Source: Octopus bimaculoides
Taxonomy: Eukaryota
DNA: 64,000 nucleotides
NCBI RefSeq assembly: GCF_001194135.2
Contig: NC_068985.1
Location: 1,756,092-1,820,091 of the forward strand
Direction: 5' to 3'
Below are positions 25,781 through 39,837 of the stretch, piece after piece. The notes beneath the pieces were generated by a model. The model was not told the DNA's origin, did not search any database, and saw nothing but the letters and a program-made list of their open reading frames with translations. The position numbers and the translations under genes were made by a program. Each line of letters begins with the position of its first letter. Positions within the stretch are counted from its first letter, which is position 1.

Positions 25781-26369
25781 CATAAAACGATTGATGATCT
25801 ACTTGCAGCCATCACATCTTTATTACTCTAAGATTTTCTAAGATTTACCATTTAAACTTATGGTTTACAAATTTCAATCCAAAGATTTTTGAGTAGCAGA
25901 CATGATAGAGTTGCTTCATTGAGAAGGTTACTGGTTTCAGTATTGTCCAAGACAGGAATGGCATCCCAGACTACCATGCTATTTAATGCTTCAAAAACAA
26001 TCAAAACTTGCAGCTACCTGCCTAAATTCCTTTATATAATCCAATATTATTGAATATAAACCGATATCATAAAACCATATTTTTGAACCAAATGGATCCA
26101 ATATGACTTTAGTATAGAAAGCTAACTACCAGAGAAAAATGTATGTATAATTAGTCTGTACTATAATGCAGAATATTCTATCCAGGAGTTGTTTTTAATC
26201 ATTGCACGTAACCATGGCTACCCAAGCAGAGCTGATTGTGGTCATGTACAACAAATACAAACTTGCACATTAAAAGTTACATGTGTGTATGTATGACCGT
26301 GTGTGTCCATGTGTATGTGTGTGTGCTTGTGTGTATGTGTGTGTGTGAGTGTGTGTGTATGTGTGCATT

Positions 26370-26683
26370 GTCTTGCAAGTACTTGGTGACCCTGTCAGTG
26401 CAGGTGCCACTTAAAAAGCACCCAGTCCACGCTGTAAAGTTGTTGGCATTTAGAAGGGCATCCTGCTGTAAAAAAACATGTCAAAACTGACCTCACCTGT
26501 GCTTGTGCCATGTAAAAATCCACTCTGTTGAGTGGTTGGTGTTAGGAAGGGCATCCAGCTGTTAAAACCCTGCCAAGTTACAGAAGTCTGGTGCAGGTTT
26601 CTGCCTGGGAGGCTCCTGTCAAACTGTCCCACCCATGCCAGCATGGAAGGCAGATGATAAATGATGACGACGACGACGACGAC

Positions 26684-26725
<42 letters not shown>
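26370..26725 (+). mobile_element. RTE-type 3' UTR fragment with (GAC)(GAT)n tail
   Basis: Shared motifs and tail. Confidence 0.75.
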
Positions 26726-28308
26726 ATATGAAGAGAGAGAGAAAGAGAGAAAGGCTCCAGAGAGGATAAATGGGAGGAAGAATCAATTCATCAAAATTTT
26801 TTTTTTCTTAAAATTAGAAAGACATGCAATGGTCATTAGGTGCCACTTTTTCATCAAATTAACTGAATAAATATACAGAACCATCACAAACACACACACA
26901 CAAAACAATTTCAAGCCTGTACACAAATGTATGTGCTGCGAAAAGCATTCATTCTGTATATAAAACTATAAACACAATTAAATAGTCATCTCTTCACACA
27001 ATTAAATAGTCATCTCTTCACATAAGCAACAAATGTGCAAAATTTACACATTTTTCCACAGTCATAAACTATTGTAAAAAAAACTGCAGACTTTCAAATG
27101 CTTGCACAAGTGCATATTTCTTTATAAACAAATGTACCTAGAAATTCAAATTAATAAGCATTCATAGATATATGACAAACAAATATTGATCTCAGAAACT
27201 ACTGATAAAGTTGCCTTTTTATGACAATTCCCAATGCTACAGGTTGAAAACAAGATTCAACTAAACTTTTCATTTGAATCCACTAAACTTTTCAGGATCA
27301 TCATAATACTTTTAATCAATTTCTACCCAGTTTTTGAATTGTCTATACAAACAACATGAATGAACATGAAAAATAATGCCAGTAGAATTAAAAACGGAAA
27401 TATGAAATTTGTAAGATTCATGAGCGTAAAATGCATTTTCCTTTTGACAAATTCAACAGCGAACTGATGATCAAGATTAAGCAAAAAACGATTGCAACAA
27501 AAAGAAGAACTCAACAAGGTTGGATGCATAAAAGAATGATGTCACAAAAGAACAACATTTCCAAAGAATTAAATGATTCAAATTTGAATCCAAACATCAA
27601 TAAGAAGCCTTCTCTGACAGAAGACAGAAAGCAGTGAGACGGAAGTCTATATAAGATTAACAAATTAAAAATAGATTATATGTAATGAGAACTGGCAAAA
27701 CACCCACTGTTCATAGGTCTTGGTGATAGAGAAAGAGAATATGATGGAAATATGCAGGAAAGGAATTTTCTTGTCAATAACTTTTATACTTTTCTATTTA
27801 TATAACGATAAAACAATTTGTTGAGATTTCTAAAGAACAAACTACTGTAAACTTAACAATGAATCAATATATGTATAAAACCACAGTATCACAGTATAGA
27901 GCAGATTATTCGACATTGTTATACCCTACTGGTCACAATGTGTTTCCCATTCTTTAGCTTCCAAATGATGCTACCCTACTGACAAGGTGAGCAGGCCAAC
28001 ATCCCCCCCCCTGCTTGGATGGTTACTCCACCACAGAGTTACACATCTACACCATAAAATACTGATGGTAATATTGTTGCTTTATGACTGACAAAGCAGA
28101 AACTGTTGTAAAACGAAAAATATCTTTAACTACTCAACAAAACTATGGATTAAAATGTTCAGATTCAGCAGTAAATAAAAACTGGCAGACATTTTAAAAT
28201 CGTGGCCAAATTACATACTATACCTTTGTACGAGACATACAAAAATCATTGATGACCCAACCTTAAAATTGTGTTAACTAAAGCACTGAGGATCAGTAAT
28301 CATTAAGA

Positions 28309-28362
<54 letters not shown>

Positions 28363-28589
28363 ACAAAATATGGGGGTTTAATTCACAGGTGATCTAAATG
28401 ACTAGGTACGCTAGGTAAGTGCTGTAACAGATTATTAGGGCACCAAGGCTATAACTGAGAAGGTAGTTATGGTGACATTACAGATTTTTGATATAGTGGA
28501 GGTATAATTGTTAAAGAGGGCAACAAACGTTAAGGCAAGGCAAACATCTCTAGTCATATGCATTATTATTATTGGAAAAAAAATTCTTA

Positions 28590-28645
28590 GTCTTACAGCT
28601 GTTTCTGGAATATCCCAGAATATGAGATATTCCGTCATCAGAGAA
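28590..28645 (-). ncRNA. Minimal type I hammerhead motif (PLE pseudo-LTR type)
   Basis: UUCU-CUGAUGA-C GGAAUAUCU cauauucug GGAUAUUCC A-GAA-ACAGCUGU-A-AGAC; palindromic stem III, GUA triplet. Confidence 0.75.
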
Positions 28646-28887
28646 AAATAGGGAAAATGAAAAGCATATAGATTAATGGAATGACGACATAGAGGACAAG
28701 AGTAAAGGAATAAGGAGATGAAGAAAGAGAAGAAAAAAAGAAGCATAAAAGTTCATAGTTAAACTTTCCAATCTTGTAAAAATAAGTCCATAAGTCCTTA
28801 AGTACAATCCTGCATAAATCCATGTGGGTTAAAGTCCTGATAGTGTAAATATTTCATTAATCTATACCTTTCTCATTTTCCCTATTT

Positions 28888-28926
28888 GTCTCTGATGACA
28901 GAATATCCCAGAAACACCTGTAAGAC
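28888..28926 (+). ncRNA. Hammerhead motif with deleted stem II (inverted partner of 28590-28645)
   Basis: GUCU-CUGAUGA-CAGAAUAUCCCA-GAA-ACACCUGU-A-AGAC; perfect 4-bp stem I. Confidence 0.6.
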
Positions 28927-28939
28927 TTTGAATCACTTT

Positions 28940-29168
28940 TCCTTGGCCGTTGCCAGTACCGTCTGACTGGCCTTCATGCGGGTGACACATAAAAGCACCC
29001 ACTACACACTTTGAGTGGTTGGCGTTAGGAAGGGCATCCAGCTGTAGAAACTCTGCCAAATTAGATTGGAGCCTGGTGTAGCCATCCGGTTTCACCAGTC
29101 CTCAGTCAAATCGTCCAACCCATGCTAGCATGGAAAGCGGGCGTTAAACGATGATGATGATGATGATG
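28940..29168 (+). mobile_element. RTE-type 3' UTR, young (CpG-rich) copy
   Basis: ccatgctagcatggaaagcgggcgttaaacgatgatgatg. Confidence 0.85.
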
Positions 29169-29224
29169 AATAATGCATATGACTTGAGATGTTTGCCTTG
29201 CTTTAACGTTTGTTGTTTCACAAT

Positions 29225-29595
<371 letters not shown>

Positions 29596-30059
29596 ATGCA
29601 GGTTTGTAAATCTTGTTAAATGGTTCTGCTAAAGAAATTGCTTCTAATTGGGACAGATTGAATGAAACAAGGAATGGGGGTGCTTAGTTATGAATCACTG
29701 ACAGATTACATGTTAAGTGTTGTGTGCAAATAGAAGGTAACTTATTTATGCTAATACATCCAGAATCACTGCTATGTTAGCTATGAGGTTAGAGTTTGAT
29801 AATCAGGTGGAGACAATGAAATTTAGAGATAGATTTTTATTTCCATAACCTGAAATATACGTAGAGATTAAGAAAAGCAAGAGAAATCGAAAGTCTTTCA
29901 CATTGTTTGATTGTAATTGCCAAACATTTCGACTAGTTATATTTCCTTGATGAACGAAGTATGGCAGCTATTTGTATGCCATATTGAAGTGTGTAGCTGG
30001 AGAATATGAGCCAAAGGTTGGTTGGATATTTGACCTATTTTCTAATGTAAGGCCTTGTG

Positions 30060-30300
30060 AAGGCATGTGGCATAGTGGATGGGGGGGGGGGGGTTCAGCT
30101 TACGATCGTTAGGTCCTGAGTTCGAATCCCAGTAGTGTGTTGTGTCCTTGAGTAAGACACTTTATTTCACATTGCTCCAGTCCACACAGCTGGTAAAAAT
30201 GAGTTGTACCTTGTCTCATTTTGTGTCATGCTGAAGAACTACATTAAGGGTCTGTGGAGTACTCAGCCACTTGCACATTAATTTCACATGCAGGCCATTC
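30060..30300 (+). mobile_element. tRNA-derived SINE (family C)
   Basis: ggcatagtgg A-box-like, gagttcgaatccc B-box, gtgtccttgagtaagacactttatttcac core; related copies near 42570-42720 and 51490-51790. Confidence 0.7.
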
Positions 30301-31525
30301 TGATGATGGATCAATTGATCAATTGATGGAGTGCCAATATGTAAAGCCCTACTAACTCACATGTCTCCATACTATGATAGCATCCCATGCTTATGACAGT
30401 TTCTTTTTATATATTCAACATAATTCATAGCAAAATCATGTGGACTTTCTTGAGTGCATTATCATATTTGTTGTCCACTGTAATGAATCCTTCAGCAGAG
30501 TCAAAGACTTAATGGTAGGGATTTTCCAACCGATGGATAAACGTCTAAAATGCTGAAATGTCTATATGCAATTTTTCTAGTCCTTATGCATTTGAACTAA
30601 TCCATTGCAGATGTACAGTTGTTTCATTACTGAAATTTTGATTATTTTGGATTTGATACCAATATTACTCACTCTACTCATTTCACTTTTAATGGCTTTA
30701 CCAGTTTGCATTTGTAGTCTACTTGGTGATTCACTTATGATCCTTCACTGTTATGTATGATTGTGATCTTGCTATGTATTATTTTGATTTCTGTTTGTTA
30801 CTTCTTTTGCTTCTTTGTTTATTTTTGTATGTTTGATGTTTGCCTTTTTTATATGTTTTTTATTCTATTTCAGCAACTCTTTTGATTGATATCTTTGTCT
30901 GCTACAAAGAGTTTCCTTTGTTTTGTCTTTGAATATCTAAGTTTCTTTGAACATTCATAATGATTATTCATTTTGTTTTGGGAAGTTGTTTGTATAATTG
31001 TTAAAATCTCGATTTGCTTTTGTTTTATTCTTAACACATAAGTTGTTGAGACAGACTTAAATTACAAGCTTCTAAATTATACTTTTCATGGGATGATGTG
31101 TCAGTGTTACCTTTTTCATTGTTCTATACTTACCATCGCATTCCTTTGATTACGACTTCAACTTTTTATTTAGGTATTTCAGATATTACTTTCTTGAGGT
31201 TAGAAGTTTTTTTCTTGTTGAACATCCAAGTGCATTCTGGTCCATGTTCAGTTTGCTTCTCTATTTCTACAGCAAGCTCCATGGGATAGGAGCTATTTGC
31301 TGCATGCAAATGTTTGTTTCCCTGAATGAATGAGGAGGAGAGAGCTTAATGTATATTTCAGAGTACATCCCTTATTTGAAAGTAATATTTGTGTGCATGT
31401 GCGTATGTATGTTATGTGTGTGTATGTACATATGTATGGAAGTATTCGTCTATGTATGTATGTATGCATGTATGTATGCGTTAGTTTGCAGATGATTTCA
31501 CAACTCCACTGAGACATATCACAGT

Positions 31526-31563
<38 letters not shown>

Positions 31564-32460
31564 TAATTCATTCTGGGATACTCTGTATCATCACAATCAG
31601 CATTTTCCATGTTGCCAGGGGTTGGACACTGTGTGTGTGTGCATGTGTGTGTGTTTATATGTGTGTGCATGCATGTGTGTGTGTGCGTGCATGCATGCAT
31701 GTGTTTGTGTGTGCATATTGTGGTTGACTAACGAGTACCTCATTTTATCAATTAACACCAGCTGAGAAAGGAAACAGATTTTGAAACATTATGATGGCCC
31801 ACAAGGTTTCCTTTAGGTAAATATACCATTCCATTGTACAAATATTCTTGTATTTGAGAGTCAGTCTTTACATTCATTTCATTAACACAGTCATGGTACC
31901 AACTAACTCCATTAGGCTCAAAAATCTCCCAGTGCATCAATGTCACGTTTTGATGAATTAAGAGGACGTACTAATATGGAGACTAAGTCTGTTTAGTTAC
32001 CACATAAAATAGTTCTTCGCTATTGTAAGCATTCTAACTTAACATATTTTTCTTAGTGTTTTTAGTTTCTGAGAGAGAATTCTTATGGTTTTATGCAACA
32101 GAACCCACTTCGTTCAACATAAAATACTTTAAATATTTACTCATTTTGGGTGACTACTATTTATCACATGACAGAACAATAGATTGATTTTGTCAGCACA
32201 GGCCAAGGAAACAAAATTTTGTAAAAACATGATGTTCTGGGAAAATTCTCTGAGGTAGATAATCCATCATTTCGTTTCAAGATTCAGTCTCTCCATTTGT
32301 TTTCGTTCTCATAGTCAATGGTCATTTTACAGACGATCTTCATTCATCTGAGAGTATTTTTATTGGCATGTCTTGTTTCAATGATTTTCAATATGTTATG
32401 CATAGCTTTTGTATAACTAGTTACCACATAAAATAGCTACTTCATATTTTAAGCTTTCTA

Positions 32461-32505
<45 letters not shown>

Positions 32506-33819
32506 ATATACAACAGAACACGTGGTAAAATAATTTGGATTTATTTTCTGTTTCCCCAGAAACGGATTACACCACCAACAAATTCAAAAGTCAGCTTGTA
32601 GAGAACTGTTTTGGTTAAAAGTTCTGACTTTGGTCTTCTTGTTTGACTCAAATCACTTTTTGAAATTACGTCTTGTAGCCAACTACTACATACATACACA
32701 CATAAGCATACATACACACATATGCTACACATGCTCACTATAGGCTATAAGTTTTATTTTAGTATGAAATTAATAGATTACAACTTAGCTGTTTCATGTT
32801 TGACCAATTTTCAGTCAGTTAGTTTAGTACAGGAGACAGTTTTGTGTACAGTCTAATCCATCATAGAATAATCACATTAACAATACAAAACTATTTGATG
32901 GAGTCAGAACGTCATAGAATAAGGCTATCTGTTGTTCAATCACTTGTCTTTTTCATATATAATGACAAAAACTGACAGCATTTTAATTCCTGTTTTCTGA
33001 AGAAATATTTTGATGTATATATATTTTTAGAATGTGATGATTGAATATATTATGCAACCATATGTATTTCTTCTGTTTGATAATTCATTGATTTATGTCA
33101 ACAAAAAGATATCAGTTATTAACGGTTCAAGATGGAACTTTTGTGAACCATTGTATAGATTTTTCTGAGAAGCAAATGTTACAATTCTTCTTAGCTTGTT
33201 TATAAAGTTTGGCATATTGTAATATATTCCAGACAATTTCATATTCCAGAACACTTATTAGTTCTTAGAGAACATATATATTTTAATACTGGTTATTCTT
33301 ACAAATTTAATTTGGTTATTCTTACAAATAACCAAACCTTTTTGGTTATTTGTAAGAATGTAGATACTGATTAATTTGTACTTCAAATGTATTTTTAGTT
33401 ACCCATTATTATCTTTTATTACCTATAGAAACTAAGTCACAAACTGTAAATTCATTTCATGCAATAAACTGTTGATTCCAAAAGAAGGGAATTATTTAAT
33501 GGACAATTTACAAATGAAGACAAAGTTGAACGACTGAGCAGCATACAGGTGTACATAGAATGGTGTTCAAAAATTTTATCATTTCTGTATATTATTTCTG
33601 TTGCAAAATTATGTGCACAGCTGAAGCTAAATTTAATATTGTTTCTATTTAAAATTTTATGATGTTTATGATTCTTTCAGAAGTGGTCTTCTATTAAGAT
33701 AAAAATATATGTGTTTGTGTGTGTTTGTATGCATGTATTATATATATGCCTATGTATGTGCATATACATATACACACACGACCAACATACACAAACACAC
33801 ACACATACATACATACATG

Positions 33820-33864
33820 CAAAATACAAGTATGTATGTATGTATGTATGTATGTATGTATGTA

Positions 33865-33900
<36 letters not shown>

Positions 33901-33932
33901 AATGTATGTATGTATGTATGTATGTATGTATA
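33820..33932. repeat. (TATG)n/(TG)n microsatellite
   Basis: Direct read. Confidence 0.95.
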
Positions 33933-34870
33933 TAAGGATGTGATTGACTGTGAGAACAAGTGCATGCAGAAAGCAACTCAATACTTCTTTATTTATTTTT
34001 CAGTTTACAAATTTTAATTATTTTTTATTTTGTCTTTTCTGAACCAATAAGAAAAACTAATTGATGAATTGATAATGTAGTATAACAGGAGGTAAAGAAA
34101 GAAGCAGGGAAAAACCATAAGAGCAACGGTGTGTAAAGAAGGAAGGGTTAGGATAGTGGTGGGGAGAAGCTAAATACATGTGACCATCAGAATCCAAAAT
34201 TTACTGGCATTCTTACAGCCCAAGTGGAATATTAATTGATCAAAAAGAGAATATTAATTGAGAAAAAGTATTTATGGCCATATAGAATAGCAGAATAACA
34301 GAATAACAATAAATAGAATGAAGTTTACTTACTGCAATGCAAGAAGCCAATTGAGATTATGTGGAGAAAATCCGAAATATCTAAAGTTCCAAAAAAGGTA
34401 TATTAAACTGACAGTCACTAGCCAAAAAATAACAGAAAACAAGAAAAGCAAATGGCATAAAATATTTTGGCTGTGCATTCTAGAAGGATTAAATAAAAGA
34501 AGGAAAATATTAAATAATTAATATTAATTGGTGATTAAAGATAGCAAAATTAAAGTTTAAAAATAGAAAGTTGAAATTTGAAAATGCTTTTTTCTTGGTA
34601 TATTTCCCACTTTCTGGGGAGGAAATAAAGATTAGAAAACAAGATAGGAGGTAATTAGAAGAGAACTAAATTTAAATGTAAATTGGGTAAGTAAACAGAC
34701 ATGTAAAGATAGCGATTTATGCTGAAACGCATCAGAAAAAGACCTCGTCATACAATCAGACAAATACATGTATACATGTGTACAAATAACAAGTGTGCTT
34801 ACGAACACAGATATATGAATACATTCATTATACAAGCTTGTGCATACATTCACAAAACACGTGTGTGTAT

Positions 34871-34903
<33 letters not shown>

Positions 34904-35082
34904 TATATATACATACCCATNNNNNNNNNNNNNNNNNNNNNNNNNNNNNNNNNNNNNNNNNNNNNNNNNNNNNNNNNNNNNNNNNNNNNNNNNNNNNNNN
35001 NNNNNNNNNNNNNNNNNNNNNNNNNNNNNNNNNNNNNNNNNNNNNNNNNNNNNNNNNNNNNNNNNNNNNNNCGTGTGTGTAT

Positions 35083-35115
<33 letters not shown>

Positions 35116-35434
35116 TATATATACATACCCATTTATACATGAATATACATAAATACGTGTAACTGAGTGCACAAATATATTGGCAGTTATTATGTGAACA
35201 GATAGATTTTGTGTGTGTTTGTGTGTGTGTATGTACTGTGTATGTCTTATGAATGCATCCCTCTTGATTCCGCTGTGATGCATCTTGTGTATGTTTGAGA
35301 TTAAGTTTTCCCGTCTCATATGCGTGCATATGTGTGTATGCATATATGTATGCATACATTTATACACATACACACATTCACACACAGCCATGCACACACA
35401 CATGCACACACACATGCACACACGTAATTTCATG

Positions 35435-36290
35435 TGTGATAATAAAGTCTGGAATCAAAGGACCCTAGAGTTAATTTAGCAAAGACCAAGACAAATCACT
35501 GACCCCTTCTGAAAGATCACCCTGCTCAGTATGTAGAAAAGGTGAAGGTAGAAACTCCATAAAGCGTACCCCATGCAAGCTGTGGAAACATAAGAAATGC
35601 AGTAATGTCAGAGGAAGCTTAACAGAGAAAATAGTCTTTGTGTATGACAGGGGTGCAGGTACAGTACAGACTGGAAAGTACAGAAAACAGACTTTGTCAA
35701 ATGCCCAGAGGGATCCTTATAAATGCTAGGTAGCTTCTGTTACCCAGGTGACCAAGTCAACAGTGGAGGTGGATGCTGTGAGAGCATAGTGACTAGAATA
35801 AGAATGGGATGGGCAAAGTTCAGAGAACTTCTACTTATGCTAGTAAAAGAGGGATTCTCTCTCAGAGAGGAAGGCAGATTGTATGATGTCTGTGTACTAA
35901 TAACTATGCTGAGTGGCAGTGAAACATGGGCTGTGACCACAGAGGACATGTGAAGGTGTGAAAGAAATGAAGCCAGCATGCTCTGCAGGATGTGCAATGT
36001 CAGTGTCCATGTACAACAGAGTGTAGGTGCCTTGAGAGAAACATTGGGTATAAGAGGCATCAGATGTAGTGTGCAAGAGAGATGGCTGCACTGGTCTGGT
36101 CATGCAATGCACATGGACGAGTGCAGTTTCCTAAAGAAGTGCTGATCTCTAATTGTGGAGGGAACCTGTGGAAGGGAAGATGTGGGACAAGATGTGGTGA
36201 GAAAGGATCTTCAGATACTGAACCTCAGTGAGGAGATGACAAGGGTTTGAAACCATTGGCAATTTGCAGAGGTTGAGAAGACACCCATCC
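35435..36290 (+). mobile_element. RTE-clade LINE RT C-terminal remnant
   Basis: VNLAKTK...SFCYPGDQVNSGGGCCESIVTRIRMGWAKFRELL...GRLYDVCV..MLSGSETWAVTTED...RNEASML. Confidence 0.9.
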
Positions 36291-36977
36291 AGTGGCTATA
36301 AATGATGGAATATATATATATATATANNNNNNNNNNNNNNNNNNNNNNNNNNNNNNNNNNNNNNNNNNNNNNNNNNNNNNNNNNNNNNNNTATATATGTA
36401 TGTACATATGAAAGGCCAGTGATTGGTTAATTGATTAATTGATCAAATGATTATCAAGTAATCAATTAGTTAATTGTATATTTTGTTAGTTAGTTGACCT
36501 GTAGTCAAAAATGACACACATGATCGAATGAACCATAACCATAGCATATGAACAATCAATAATTCTTTTTACAACCCAAAGAGTTTCTACATAACTTTTG
36601 CTGTCAAATCAGAAACAAGCAATTTTACTATTCTTTCTAAACTTCCTTAATAAACGTGGGCTTTCTTCTTCCTCTTCAACATTTTCCTTTCTTTTTTACA
36701 TTCTAGTTTTTCGTCTTCTTCCCTCAAATTTCTTTTTTCACTCACCTAATTAAAAAGTTCATGATGACATTTCTTTATATGCAACAAAATACACCAAAAT
36801 TACTGCTAGATTGCTCCTTTATCAATGTGAAACACAAAATATTTATAAATTATTCTGACAAAGAGCTGTTTGTTTACTACAGATCTGCTTTCCTCATCAG
36901 TGCTAAGAGTGAGACATATAAAATGATCTCAACATGTCCAAAAAGATGCAACGAGACCAAAGACAGGGCCATCTGTA

Positions 36978-37162
36978 CTATTCAATTCCAAAAGGAGTGC
37001 TGATGGTCATCTGATACTCAGCATCTGTTACTGCTGCCTTTGCTGCTCTAAATTCAGGAAATGAAAGTATTTGTGATACAACACTTGTGATATATTCCAC
37101 AAGACCATCTGCAACTGCTGAACTCAGGACATCTCCAACAAGAATACCAAAGAACCAGTTCC
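36978..37162 (-). CDS. Candidate terminal exon of an unknown gene (NWFFGILVGDVLSSAVADGLVEY...TPFGIE*)
   Basis: ataag| acceptor, 60 stop-free codons, about 43 percent G at codon position 1; a plus-strand frame is also open, so ambiguous. Confidence 0.3.
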
Positions 37163-37324
37163 CTTATGAATACTGACCAACTATACATGCTGACCAGCTT
37201 TACACATGTAAAAGAGAGTTAAGGCATGAAATGTGTATTTTAGTTAAACTATTTTACATGGATATCAAAGAGTATCTCAACAGACATATCGCATCATTGA
37301 AGAAAACTTCTAGAAATGCAGTAA

Positions 37325-37912
37325 TATGAACACATTGCATTCATCATGGCTGTGTGAGGAAGTGCGACTCCCTAACTGTAGAAGGAATCTGTGGAAGAGG
37401 TAGACCTAGGAAGACATGGGATGAGATGGTGAAACACGACCTTTAAACATTGGGCCTCACAGAGACAATGACGGGAGACTGGGATCTTTGGAGATATGCT
37501 GTAATTGAGAAGACCTGGTAACTAAAGTGAGATCACAGCCATTCATGTCCAGCCCTATTAAGAATACTCCTAATGTGTTGGGTGATATGATACAATATGC
37601 TTGAGATGACCTGTTGAGTCAAGTAAAACCAATATTGTAGCTGTAGCCAGTGCCCCCTGATTGGCTCCCATGCCAGTGGCGTCTAAAATGCACCATCCAA
37701 ACATGGTTGATGCCAGGTTCACCTGACTGGTTTCCCTGCCGGTGGCATGCAAAAAGCACCCACTACACTCTTGGAGTGGTACGCATTAGGAAGGGCATCC
37801 AGCTGTAGAAACATTGCCTGACAAGATTGGAGTCTGGTGTAGCCTCAGTCAAACTGTTCAACCCATGCCAGCATGGAAAAACGGTCATTAAACAACGATG
37901 ATGATGATGATG
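37325..37912 (+). mobile_element. RTE LINE 3' end: ORF C-terminus, 3' UTR and (GAT)n tail
   Basis: VEGICGRGRPRKTWDEMVKHDL..LGLT...WRYAV followed by the 3' UTR motif found in many copies; links these tail fragments to RTE. Confidence 0.85.
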
Positions 37913-38784
37913 TATGCATATAGATATGTATATATGTATCATATATATATATATATATATATATAAATGGCAAATCATTATTGCTTACTGGCCACTAATA
38001 TTATTGTTATTATTATTTATATATTTACTGCTAATAAAAATTATAATAATAACAATAATAACATTTATACAAATATTCATTCGACTATTTACTCATTTAT
38101 CATATATGTACATGTATGTATACATGTATGAACGAATAACAGAACCTATAGAGATGGAATATGGAATAAGTGAGAAACTTTATTGTCGACAACAATCATT
38201 TCGACACATCGTGCATGGCTCCTTCATGAGTGAGAAACTACGCAATTAATTTCGATACCTTCCACAGTGTAGAAGCATCTCATTAGGTGATGTAATGCTG
38301 TGCCTCGTTACATAATCAAAGTTTCGTTTATTCCTATTCAGTGGAGCGTGTCATAAGTGGTCGTAGCTGAAATGCATTGAGAAGAAATGGCAAGAAACAG
38401 GTTTAGTTATGAAGCTAGAGATACAAACAGGAAGTAATTAAGGAAAATGGGGAAAATACAAAGAACAAGGAAAATAAAGCATACGAAAGTATTTTATCAT
38501 ATGAAGAGATATCAAAAGTGTATTCTCAAGAATAATGAAGGTGAGTAAGGTGAGCATAAGAGAAGGGGGGAGAGTACAAAGGATTGGGAAGGTGAGTGGA
38601 GTGGCAGAAGTAGTGGTGATTGTCTGCTGCTGGTGGTATGTATGATGTGCTTTTGTGCACCATGTAACCACATGAGAGCTTTTTCTTTTAGTAAACATCG
38701 TAGCACTTGTGTGTTCTGATGTGACGTCAACTTTTAACATTACTTACAATGGACAGATAGGTGTCCCCCACTTTGTTTGTTGTT

Positions 38785-38830
38785 ATCACAACATTTCAGC
38801 TGATGTACTCTCCAGCTTTCATCAGGTGTT
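38785..38830 (-). ncRNA. Minimal hammerhead motif (decayed stem III)
   Basis: AACAC-CUGAUGA-A AGCUG gagaguacau CAGCU-GAA-AUGU-U-GUGAU. Confidence 0.6.
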
Positions 38831-38903
38831 CTGGTGTAATTTCAGAAAAAAAAAAAAAAAACAGGAATACCTTAGGAATGGGTTGGGTTCGAAATTCTAC
38901 CAG

Positions 38904-38949
38904 AACACCTGATGAAGTCTGGAAGGTACATCAACTGAAACATTGTGGT
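38904..38949 (+). ncRNA. Minimal hammerhead motif (inverted partner)
   Basis: AACAC-CUGAUGA-AGUCUG gaagguacau CAACU-GAA-ACAU-U-GUGGU. Confidence 0.55.
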
Positions 38950-39673
38950 AACAAAAAACGAGGTGAGGACACATATCCGTCCAATGTAAATAATGGACAT
39001 AATCCTCATCCCAAAAATATAGAATAGCATCAACTTTTAAGTTGTGAATATTTCACCTTTTGGTATTAATACTGTCACTATTTATTATATATATATATAT
39101 ATNNNNNNNNNNNNNNNNNNNNNNNNNNNNNNNNNNNNNNNNNNNNNNNNNNNNNNNNNNNNNNNNNNNNNNNNNNNNNNNNNNNNNNNNNNNNNNNNNN
39201 NNNNNNNNNNNNNNNNNNNNNNNNNNNNNNNNNNNNNNNNNNNNNNNNNNNNNNNNNNNNNNNNNNNNNNNNNNNNNNNNNNNNNNNNNNNNNNNNNNNN
39301 NNNNNNNNNNNNNNNNNNNNNNNNNNNNNNNNNNNNNNNNNNNNNNNNNNNNNNNNNNNNNNNNNNNNNNNNNNNNNNNNNNNNNNNNNNNNNNNNNNNN
39401 NNNNNNNNNNNNNNNNNNNNNNNNNNNNNNNNNNNNNNNNNNNNNNNNNNNNNNNNNNNNNNNNNNNNNNNNNNNNNNNNNNNNNNNNNNNNNNNNNNNN
39501 NNNNNNNNNNNNNNNNNNNNNNNNNNNNNNNNNNNNNNNNNNNNNNNNNNNNNNNNNNNNNNNNNNNNNNNNNNNNNNNNNNNNNNNNNNNNNNNNNNNN
39601 NNNNNNNNNNNNNNNNNNNNNNNNNNNNNNNNNNNNNNNNNNNNNNNNNNNNNNNNNNNNNNNNNNNNNNNNN

Positions 39674-39705
<32 letters not shown>

Positions 39706-39837
39706 CCCCTGCTAGCATGGGAGACATACATTAAACGGTGAGGATGATGATGTGTGTGTACATATTTGTAGATATTTGTGTTGTATAAAAATATATTTAA
39801 ATATGTTATATAATTCCTTTTAATACTTTCTTTTATA

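Noticed and set aside
26972-27022. 26-bp tandem duplication (also a 16-bp duplication at 51366-51398)
   Set aside because: Ordinary slippage duplications; not CRISPR-like (no spacers, eukaryotic context)
30431-30514. 84-nt exon-like segment open on both strands
   Set aside because: Ambiguous strand, short; similar chance candidates at about 24.4, 32.3, 50.0, 53.5 and 56.9 kb
31993-32470. ~50-bp diverged direct repeat flanking about 370 bp
   Set aside because: Too short and diverged to call an LTR or TSD; no internal features recognised
34860-35131. Identical ~60-bp sequence on both sides of an N gap
   Set aside because: Typical unmerged contig overlap (assembly artefact), not a biological repeat
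38190-38260. cucauga...gaaa hammerhead-like remnant on the minus strand
   Set aside because: Core mutated and stems I and II do not pair; similar unconvincing hits at 9328, 29930, 43717 and 53680
39044-39734. 200+ aa ORFs in the track
   Set aside because: Run through N gaps and (TA)n; same for ORFs at 4.4, 21.0, 34.8 and 60.3 kb
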